64,000 bases of DNA. It comes from an uncultured Candidatus Sumerlaeota bacterium (GTDB lineage Bacteria > Sumerlaeota > Sumerlaeia > UBA8349). Of the stretch, positions 1 through 8,000 are shown one piece after another (position 1 is the stretch's first letter; every line of letters starts with the position of its first letter). The stretch lies in the NCBI GenBank assembly GCA_942493245.1, contig OW818685.1, forward strand, positions 4,770,973 through 4,834,972. Reading direction: 5' to 3'. The translations under genes were made by a program, and so were the position numbers. The notes under the pieces are model-generated. The model was not told where the DNA came from, did not search any database, and saw only the letters and a program-made list of their open reading frames with translations.

Positions 1-1730
1 GGCTCGGGGTCCGGTTCCTGTTTCTGAAAGGCCGCCACCACTTCCTCGAGATACGCTGCCGCGTCGAACATTACATCGAACACCTCGTCGCGCAGTTCGA
101 GGGCGCGGCGGCGCGCGCGCTCCAGAAGCGACTCGACCTTGTGGGTGATCCCCGCCGGGCGTTCGGCGCCGTACATCGTCAGGTTGCCCTTGATCGAGTG
201 CATCAGGCGGAAAACCGAGTCGGCGGTTTCGGTGTCGCGTTTCTCGTCGAGCGCCAGCAGTTCGCGATTCAAGCGGCCCAACATGGATTCGAGTTCCTGC
301 AGGAAGACCGAGTCGGGCAGCGCGCCTTCTCCCGCGTCCTCTTCCCCCGCCGCGCGGCGTTCGAGCGGCATGTGGCACGGCTCATCCGCACCTGCCTGGG
401 ACATCTCGCGCTTCGGTTTTTCGACGGCGCCGGACGGGGATACACCTCCCTTGAAACGCCCCACGGCGCTCCGGGCGTCCACCTCGACCTCGCGGCCCAG
501 AGTCAAGGTGAACAGTTCCGGCAAGTCAATCACCATGCCCAGCTGCCGCCCGCTCAGGGTCGCGGTACCCAGAAGCCCCTCGACCTTCAGCCCTTCATCA
601 AATTCCGAAATCACAATTTTCTGCGGGCTAAGGAAGTCGGAAACGCAGTAGGCAAGCCGTTCTTTCTTGTGCTCGATGATAATCACGCGCAACAGGTCGT
701 CCTGTACCTCGAGGGGCGCCTCGCCAAACACCGCCATCAAATCGAAAAGAGGCAGAATGTTCCCCAGATACATGATCGAACGGGCCCGACCCGTCGTGGT
801 CGTCACCTCCTTCACATTCACCGAAAGCGACGCCACAACCGCCGAAATCGGGAAAACAAACGTGTTGTTGCGCGCCCGCACCAGCAGCGAGTCGGAAATG
901 TTGACCGCCGTCACCAACGGCATCACCAGTGAAAAGGTCGAACCGCGTCCCGGCACACTCTGGACCCGCGTCTCGCCTCCGATGGCGGCCATCGCGTCGC
1001 GCACAACGTCCAGCCCCACGCCCCGACCCGACGTTCCAGTCGTTTCGCGAGCGGTCGAAAAACCCGGCTGGAATAGAAATTCGAACAAGGTATCCTCGGC
1101 CAAGCCTTCGGCTGTGGCTTCATCCACCAACCCCATCTCGACCGCCTTGCGCCGAATGGCGTCGAGTTGAAGCCCCCGGCCGTCGTCCACCACCTCAATG
1201 ATCGTGAAATTGTCCACGTTGCGCACCCGGACTGTAACCTCGCCCACCGGATCTTTTCCCACCGCCTGACGCGTTTCGCGATCCTCAATGCCGTGGTCTA
1301 TCGCATTGCGGATCTGGTGAGCCACCGGGTCGTAGATGCGCTCGGAGATTTTCTTGTCTATGCAGATCTCCTCGCCCTCCAGTTTGAAACGGATCGGCTT
1401 GCCCAGCCGCCGCGAGGTATCGCGCGCCAGCCGCCGGAACCGCGCAAACAGGTCCGACATGTCCACCGTCCGGACATCCGTCACCAGGTTATGGAGATCG
1501 GACGAGATGCGTGAGGAGGTGATCGCCAGATCCTTGGCGTCCTCGGACAGCATCCGGGACACGGACATGCCTTCGTGCAACTGGTGACTCAGGGCGTTCA
1601 GGTTCGCGCTGACAATAATGACCTCGCCCGCCAGTTCGAGCATCTTGTCCAACCGGCTCAGCCGCACCACCATGCTTTCTTCCCCCACGCCCACCAGGGA
1701 CGCGCGAACAGGTTCTCTGCTTTCAGACAT
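1..1730 (-). CDS. cheA: CheA-like chemosensory histidine kinase, C-terminus beyond window start. Domain order in the visible part is P3 dimerization, HATPase_c (P4), CheW-like (P5), then Hpt.
   Basis: My own translation of the minus strand from ATG at 1730..1728 runs with no stop to position 1. N-terminus MSESREPVRASLVGVGEESMVVRLSRLDKMLELAGEVIIV is the CheA P3/P4 junction. HATPase_c motifs are present (DDGRGL; GRGVGLDVVRDAMAAIGGETRVQSVPGRGSTFSLVMPL). A CheW-like block follows (LLVRARNNTFVFPISAVV...GRQLGMVIDLPELF). Near window positions 60-330 there is an Hpt domain (FLQELESMLGRLNRELLALDE...FRLMHSIKGNLTMYGAERPAGITHKVESLLERAR). The six-frame track does not list this ORF because it has no in-window stop. 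Confidence 0.8.
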   Translation of the reverse strand, partial: MSESREPVRASLVGVGEESMVVRLSRLDKMLELAGEVIIVSANLNALSHQLHEGMSVSRMLSEDAKDLAITSSRISSDLHNLVTDVRTVDMSDLFARFRRLARDTSRRLGKPIRFKLEGEEICIDKKISERIYDPVAHQIRNAIDHGIEDRETRQAVGKDPVGEVTVRVRNVDNFTIIEVVDDGRGLQLDAIRRKAVEMGLVDEATAEGLAEDTLFEFLFQPGFSTARETTGTSGRGVGLDVVRDAMAAIGGETRVQSVPGRGSTFSLVMPLVTAVNISDSLLVRARNNTFVFPISAVVASLSVNVKEVTTTTGRARSIMYLGNILPLFDLMAVFGEAPLEVQDDLLRVIIIEHKKERLAYCVSDFLSPQKIVISEFDEGLKVEGLLGTATLSGRQLGMVIDLPELFTLTLGREVEVDARSAVGRFKGGVSPSGAVEKPKREMSQAGADEPCHMPLERRAAGEEDAGEGALPDSVFLQELESMLGRLNRELLALDEKRDTETADSVFRLMHSIKGNLTMYGAERPAGITHKVESLLERARRRALELRDEVFDVMFDAAAYLEEVVAAFQKQEPDPE

Positions 1731-2160
1731 GGCTCATGGCCCTTTCGACGACCCGCTCGGCCAGCGGCGCCGTGAACGGCTTCGTCAGGTAATCGTCGGC
1801 GCCCATGCGCAACGCGCGCACCACATACTGGGCGTCCCGATGAGTCGAAATGACAATAACCGGCAGATGCCGCAGGGCCGGGCGGCGGCGGATTTCCTCG
1901 CACAGTTCGAACCCGTCCATCTCGGGCATCACCAGGTCGGTGAAAACCACATCCACCGGTTCCCGCTCCAGCACTTCGAGCGCTTCAAGCCCATTACCCG
2001 CCTCGAGGATTGTCATGTGGAGCGTTTTCAACACTTGAATTACGGCCTTGCGGATGGTCGCGTAATCCTCGACCACTAAGACGCGCAATTCCCGTTCCAT
2101 CCCGGGCCTGACAGCCTGACCCGTGGCAGAATCCCTCATATCATCTGGTGGCGTTTCCAT
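1723..2160 (-). CDS. CheY-like single-domain response regulator (receiver)
   Basis: ORF 1723..2217(-). REC motifs VLVVEDYA, VVFTDLVMPEMDG, VIVIST and TKPF. I prefer ATG at 2160 (METPPDD...), preceded by GGAGG 7 nt upstream. Alternative starts are 2100 and 2217. The stop TGA at 1725..1723 overlaps the CheA ATG (ATGTCTGA). Confidence 0.85.
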   Translation of the reverse strand: METPPDDMRDSATGQAVRPGMERELRVLVVEDYATIRKAVIQVLKTLHMTILEAGNGLEALEVLEREPVDVVFTDLVMPEMDGFELCEEIRRRPALRHLPVIVISTHRDAQYVVRALRMGADDYLTKPFTAPLAERVVERAMSHV

Positions 2161-2325
2161 CTCACCGCCTCCCCTCTCCCCCGATTCGTCCCTGAAGAAA
2201 CAAACAGTCCCGGGCACGCGCCTCCCTGTCGGCGCGGCGCTCCCGAAACAAGTAATACTTCCCCTCTTCTATCCTATCGGCCACCCAAGCGGAGACCTTG
2301 AGCGTTTTCCCCATAAAAGATACCA

Positions 2326-2577
2326 GGAACTCCTCATTGTCTAGTTTGCCTTTTCTGTTCGGGGAAAACAGAAACCATTTCTCCGTCATCCCCGCGAACG
2401 CGGGGACCCAGAGAAGCGCGAACCCGAGACAAGGAAGTCGTTCACGGCTCGGAAAAATCCAAACAGGGGGTTCCGGATCTGGGTTCCCGCTTCCGCGGGA
2501 ATGACGAATGAGGGAAAACCCCGAATAACCCATATAACCGGTAACATCATCGCTCGCCTATACAACGAGGAGTTCCT
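2326..2577. mobile_element. MITE-like non-autonomous element A, about 250 bp, with 15-bp terminal inverted repeats GGAACTCCTCATTGTC / ACAACGAGGAGTTCC
   Basis: Left TIR at 2326-2341 and right TIR at 2563-2577 are reverse complements with one mismatch. The same TIR bounds element B at 54647-54924. A TAAAAGAT motif is present in both flanks. The internal cargo is the 121-bp double-hairpin repeat at 2385-2505. Confidence 0.5.
2385..2505. repeat. Family-1 121-bp double-hairpin repeat, copy 1
   Basis: GTCATCCCCGCGAACGCGGGGACCCAGAG ... CTGGGTTCCCGCTTCCGCGGGAATGAC. The two ends are imperfect inverted repeats and each end is itself a GC hairpin. A second copy lies at 36273-36392. It generates the spurious ORF peptides VIPANAGTQ and WVPAFAGMT on both strands. 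Confidence 0.75.
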
Positions 2578-2643
2578 GTAAAAGATCCGGGCCACGCGAA
2601 ACGGTTTTCGAGTGGCCCGTACCTTCTGCGATTCTTTTCAAGT

Positions 2644-4110
2644 TCAAACCAGAAGATGTTCCAGACTGCGCAGGACGATTTCCGCGCCCGCCTTCGGGGT
2701 CAGACGGTCCATGTTCAGGATCAGGTCGTAGTTTTCGGCGGTATTGATATCGGCCTTGAAGAACTGACGGATGAATTCGGCGCGTTCGGCGTCGCCCTTG
2801 GCCAGGCGGGTTTCCGCCTCCTTGCCAGACAGGCCGTAGAATTCTTCCAGATTTCTCAGCCGCTTCTCTTTCGACGCAACCAAACGCACTCGCACCCCCT
2901 CGTGTTCCTCGAGGAGGAAGGGCGCCCCGCGACCCAGCAACGTCACCCCGCCCTGAACGATGAACGCACGGGTCACCCGCACCAGCGAACGGAAATAGTC
3001 ATCGCGGCTGATGTGCTGACCCTCGGTCAACACGTCGAGGAGGGCTTGAATGGCCCCCTGGGCGCGCTGGTCCAACCGGTCAATGATCCGCGGGCTGAGT
3101 TGCATGTCTTCGGCCACATGGTCTATCAGCTTGTAGCCGATGGTTTCGTACCCCAGCCGCTCGTGCAGAACCTCGCTGACCAGCCGCGATCCCGAACAGA
3201 ACTCGGGCATGAAGGCAATGCTGGGCAAGCGGTGGTGACCGCCTCCTTCCCCTTCCCCCATTTCGTCTTCATGCCAGAATTCCTTGAGCGACTCCTGCTG
3301 GCGGTACTCCCACTTGTCAATCTGGCGGCTGATGATGTCATGCGCGGATTCCTGGCGGCCCGTGCGCCAGATCGTGTCGCTGACACACTTCTGGTGCATG
3401 ACATCGAGAGCGCGCAGGATGATGTGCGCCGTCGTTTCCGGATTCAGACGGTCCAGGTTGATGACCAGATCGTAGTTGCACGGATCGTCAATGTCGAGTT
3501 TGTAATACTTCAGACTGGCGGCGGCGCGCTCCTCGTCGCTCTGGCGCATGCGCTCTTCCGCTTCCCGCGCCCCGATGTTGTAGAACTGCATCAGGTTGGC
3601 CACCCGTTTGTCTTCCGAAGCCGTCAAGCGGACCCGGATGCCCGCGCCCGGCCCCACCAGGAAGGGCGCGCCCCGCCCCACCAGAATGCAGCCCCCCTCG
3701 TGGATGAACACGTTGAGAACATGCACCAGATGGCGGAAATAGTCCTCCTGCTCGACATAACGTCCCTGCAGCAGTCCATCCACCATCGTCCGCACATAGG
3801 ACCGCAGCCGCTGGTCCATCCGGTCTATCATCTGGCGGCGCACGTTCATGTCCTCGGCCACTTTGTCAATGAGCGAGAACCCGAAAAGCCCATACCCGGT
3901 CCGCCGGCTCAAGACCCGGCTGACAATTCGCGAGGCGCACCCAAACTTGGGCGCCAGGGTGATGGCCGGCTTGAACGGACCCTTTCGGCCCGAGGTTTCC
4001 ACCCACGGCTGCGGACGCCACCCGACCGCCTCCTCGCGCCGTTCCTCCTGATCGCGTTCCAGTTCCCACTTCTCGATTTGATGATTAATGAAATGATCCA
4101 CACTGCGCAT
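2644..4110 (-). CDS. Tandem-duplicated cytidylate kinase-like family protein (two Cytidylate_kin2-like modules, P-loops degenerate)
   Basis: 488 aa with two homologous halves. Each has ...GRGAPFL..., VRVRL(V/T)AS(K/E)(E/D)KR..., and a (R/K)QFFKADI..ENYDLILNMDRL-type C-terminus, which matches the PF13189 family pattern. The P-loop GSGG is replaced by GCAS / CSGS. ATG at 4110 is preceded by AGGGGGT. Confidence 0.8.
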   Translation of the reverse strand: MRSVDHFINHQIEKWELERDQEERREEAVGWRPQPWVETSGRKGPFKPAITLAPKFGCASRIVSRVLSRRTGYGLFGFSLIDKVAEDMNVRRQMIDRMDQRLRSYVRTMVDGLLQGRYVEQEDYFRHLVHVLNVFIHEGGCILVGRGAPFLVGPGAGIRVRLTASEDKRVANLMQFYNIGAREAEERMRQSDEERAAASLKYYKLDIDDPCNYDLVINLDRLNPETTAHIILRALDVMHQKCVSDTIWRTGRQESAHDIISRQIDKWEYRQQESLKEFWHEDEMGEGEGGGHHRLPSIAFMPEFCSGSRLVSEVLHERLGYETIGYKLIDHVAEDMQLSPRIIDRLDQRAQGAIQALLDVLTEGQHISRDDYFRSLVRVTRAFIVQGGVTLLGRGAPFLLEEHEGVRVRLVASKEKRLRNLEEFYGLSGKEAETRLAKGDAERAEFIRQFFKADINTAENYDLILNMDRLTPKAGAEIVLRSLEHLLV

Positions 4111-4527
4111 AATCCCGTTACCCCCTGCAAGGATTTCTACCGAGACTCATTCCTCGACCGCGGCACCCCCGCGATATTTCCGGCGCTTCCCCGAGTCCCG
4201 GGGGATATGCCCGCGGACCGCCTCTCCAACAGACCCGTTTCCTCATCGGAGAAAACCGTCTGTTTCCGACCTTTTTCAACGTCTGCGGCTGTGTGCCCTC
4301 CATCCGGCTCCTGCCGAAATTCGCTTCGTTCTTTAGATTCAGTATCGCGCCGTGGGTCCGGGCCTGTCAAGGAGGGAAAACATTCATTTTTACCTGCTCC
4401 GCGCCCGGAAACAAAATCCTGTCCCCACATCTTTACCCCCCAAAAAGATGAAAACCGCCTTTATTCAGCCCATAAACTTGAAAATTTATTTTAGAGCAAT
4501 TGTCAGAAAGAACCTTCATTATTCCGG

Positions 4528-4611
4528 CTGTCGGTCCTGACGATCAGCCGTTCCGTCCCGGAGGGACGGCTGAAAAACCAGGGGTAACCGACAGCCGTCC
4601 CTCCGGGACGG
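4528..4611. other. Structured palindromic element: inverted duplication of a CCGTCCC-N3-GGGACGG hairpin enclosed by an 8-bp long-range stem
   Basis: CTGTCGGT (4528-4535) pairs with ACCGACAG (4587-4594). Hairpin CCGTCCCGGAGGGACGG is at 4553-4569 and its reverse-complement copy CCGTCCCTCCGGGACGG is at 4595-4611. It is intergenic, downstream of the giant gene and upstream of the CMP-kinase-like gene. Confidence 0.45.
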
Positions 4612-4817
4612 GGAAGACGGGTGTTCCGGAACCCAGCGCTGAAGCGCTCGGCTATTGTCAAAAGTCCCTGACGGGACTTGGGTCAGGAACACCTGACTCC
4701 GTGTCATAATGAAGATTCTTTTTGGCAAAGGCTATATCTCCAGAAAGTGGCTCTTCGATGGACGCCAGACAGACGCCTGGCGGTCCCGGGGAGTGGTATA
4801 TCCCCCTCAGGAAAAAA

Positions 4818-4862
4818 CCGGTTTCTGGGCAGGCGAGTGTCCCGCTTACCTGAGAGAAAACC
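4818..4862 (-). repeat. Family-3 short repeat (GGTTTTCTYTCAGG - GC hairpin - CCCAGAAA), diverged copy in reverse orientation
   Basis: The reverse complement reads GGTTTTCTCTCAGGTAAGCGGGACACTCGCCTGCCCAGAAACCGG. This aligns with the copies at 46731-46772 and 59203-59242. Confidence 0.55.
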
Positions 4863-5002
4863 TTGCGAAAAGGGGGCAACAACGGTTTCCATGTTCATAA
4901 AAAGAAAAGGAGGGAGAAGGCCTCCGATCCGGATTCCTCTCCCTCCTGAACCTCTTGCTTCAACTCGTCAGACCCGTCCGCTCAGAAACCGGCCTCACGG
5001 GT

Positions 5003-8000
5003 TCATTCCACGATACCTGCCGCGCTCGTGTGGATGATAAACTGCGTGACAGGCGGTTGAGCCGGTTTGAACTTCGGCCTGGCTTTCGGATCGGTCGAAA
5101 TGAAAGCCTCACCCTCGATCCGGCCCGTTTTCGACGTGGTGATGCTCTTGATCCCGCCGGTGTAGACGGCCGTGCCGTCCTCCTGGAAGCCCGCGTAGAA
5201 CTGGCCCGACACCCCGTTCAGACCCGACAGAGTCGTGATACAGGAAATCGTTCCGGTCTTCGGCTGCGCCAGCACTCGCATGCGGCTCGGTTCCCACGGG
5301 AAGCCCAGGTAGCCGCCCAGATAGACGGTCCCCACCTTGACGGTCTTCGCCGACAGAAGCGCGATCGGTCCCGCGCTCTTCAACTCCGACGTCCTCAGGT
5401 TGCCCTGCAGGATCCGGGTGCCCACCGTTGTGGTGGCATAGGCGCCCCCGCTCACCATCACCTTTGCGACCGGCCCCTGCGTACCCTGCAGTAAGCCGAG
5501 CGCCACCGGTCCACCGGTGGATTGCACCAGCGCGAAACTCGGCGCGGAGAGCCAGGTGTCCTGAACCGACAGGAGCGTTCCGCCCTTGACATCCTTATCC
5601 ACGTCGCCCAGGGCGCCGATACCCGCCTGGCTGAAGCGCTTTTCCTTCGTGGCCGAGTCTTTGAACTTGCGCGTGGCCACCTTGACGTACTTCACCGGCT
5701 GCGAGGTCAAAAGGCCCTCGAGCACTGCGCCGTTGATCGCCACCGACAGGGGAATACTTCCCACCGTCTGAATGGAGGTGACGCCAAACTCGGTAAAGTT
5801 CGTCCGCGACGAATTGTATGACGCCGTGATCTTCAACGTCCCGACGTCCCCGCCCTTGTAATCTTCCAAGCCGTTGGCCGCTGTCACCGACTTGACCGAA
5901 GAGGCCTGCATCCGGTAGATCGGCGCATCCGAGGCGAACGTGCCAAAGAGGCCCGGAATCACAACCGACGGAATCTCGCGCGTTTCGAGGTATGCGGTCC
6001 CCGGTTTCGCCACCGTGCCACTCGCCGTTCCGGCAGGCAGTCCCTTGGGCAGCCACTTGATCTTGATCGCGCTCTTGTCCGTGGTGCCGTTCAGGGTCAG
6101 GCCACCCGTGGTCGGAGTATCGAATGCCAGCGTGATGTCCTTGCTGTACGTGATCTTATACGCGCGCAGTGGCAATGTCGGGAGGAAGAGCCACCCCTGA
6201 GCCGGACCGCCCAGAGCGCCGGCGTTTTCACCCGCCGCGCCGTTGGCCGCCTGCACCCAGTAGTAGTACGTCTGACGCCGCTTCGCGGTCACATCCTCGA
6301 AACTTGCGGAGGACTGCCACAAACTGATCGCCTGCGGCGTGTCGGTCGGCGATTCGGCGCGATAGACCCGGTAGTAATACCCGTAACCCGCCAGGGGTTG
6401 CCACGAAACGTTGACCCTGCTGCCCCATTCGCCCTGACTGGCCGCCAGACCGCCCGGCGTCGGGATCGGCGCCACATAGAGCGTCGTGAACGTCCAGACC
6501 GGTCCACTGGTACTGCCAATGGCGTTCTTCGCCACCACCTTCCAGTTGTAAACCGTGTTCGATTCCAGTGAACCCGACGGCGTGAACTGCGTTCCACCCA
6601 GATCGCTCGCCATCGGCGTGGACGGCGTCGGATCGGCCGGTTTCCACAGATAGAAGTCGTGGCTCAGAGCGTTCGAGCCGCCACTCCAGTAGAACGTGGG
6701 AGTCAGCGACACATCCACCGCCCCATTCGACGGGTTGGGCCAGCTGGGCGCGCCCGGCGCCCCGACAACCCGCGTGACAAACGTGAAAATGTCACTCGAC
6801 GTCTGTCCCGCCCAGTTCACCGCCGTGACCTGCCAGGTGTACGTGGTCCCTCCCTGGAAAGTCGGACTGTTCCACCAGTAATAACTCCAGGTCGCCGATA
6901 CCGTCGTGGGGGTGGCGTCGCCCTGTTTCCAGACCGACAGAATGTAACTGTCGGCGTTGGCCGCGTCGTTCCAGTCGAAGGTGGGATCTTCCAGCACGCC
7001 TTCGGCGTTGTTCTCCGGCGAAATCAACTGCGGTTTCTCCGGGGTCACAATCGCCCGCGTCGTGAAACTCCACTCCGGACCCGGCGTTTGCCCCACCATG
7101 TTGCGAGCCACCACCTGCCACTTGTACGTTGTGGCGCCCTCGAGCATCGCGGACGGCGTGTAGTGACTCGCGGTCAGATCGGTCACGGTCGGTTGCGCCG
7201 GTTTGGCGTCCGTGGACTTCCAGAGGTACAGATCGTACTTCGAAGCCGCCGACGAGTCGGCCCAGTCCAGCGCGGTCGTCGGGAGAACCGCCGTGGCCCC
7301 ATCCGACGGAGTCGGTCCGCCCGGCTCACCGGGCAGCGCCGGCGTCTCGGTCGTGAACGACCACAACGCCCCGAGCGTTTCACCCTTGGCGTTCCCGGCA
7401 GTCACGAACCAGTAGTACTTCGTATTGCCCTCGAGCGCTCCCGCCGGTTTGAACGAACTGGCGGTCAGCCCCGACGTGGTCGGAACCGTCGGACGAGGTT
7501 GCGCGGACGGCCACAGGTACACGTTGTACCAGAGCGCATCGGTCGCATCGGACCAGTCGAGCGTCTTATCCACCGACACGTTCGTTTCACCCACATAGGG
7601 GGATGGACTGTCGGGAATCACCGGCTCGGGCGAACCCACACGCTGGGTACGGAACGTCCAGACCGGCCCGACCGTATCGCCCGTCGCGTTGCGCGCCACC
7701 ACCTGCCACTTGTACACCGTGTTGTACGCCAGATCGCCCGGATCGTACTCGGTCGAGTAGGCATAGTTGGGCCAGCCGGGTTTTCCATCCACCTCGCGCC
7801 AGACATAAATCAGGTAGTAACTGCCGGCCCGCGCGGACGCTTCCCAGGCCAGATTGATCGCCACCGAAACGCCGGTGGAATTATCGGGTGGGTTGAGCAG
7901 CTTCGGTACGCTCGGCGCGCCCTCGATATGGGTCCGGAAACTCCACTCCGGTCCGGCCTTCTGGTTGGTCTTGCCATTGACCACCACCTGCCACTGGTAC

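Noticed and set aside
139-2079. Plus-strand ORFs 139..651, 141..932, 667..1170, 1167..1514, 1618..2079
   Set aside because: All antisense to the CheA-like and CheY-like genes, whose minus-strand translations give canonical domains.
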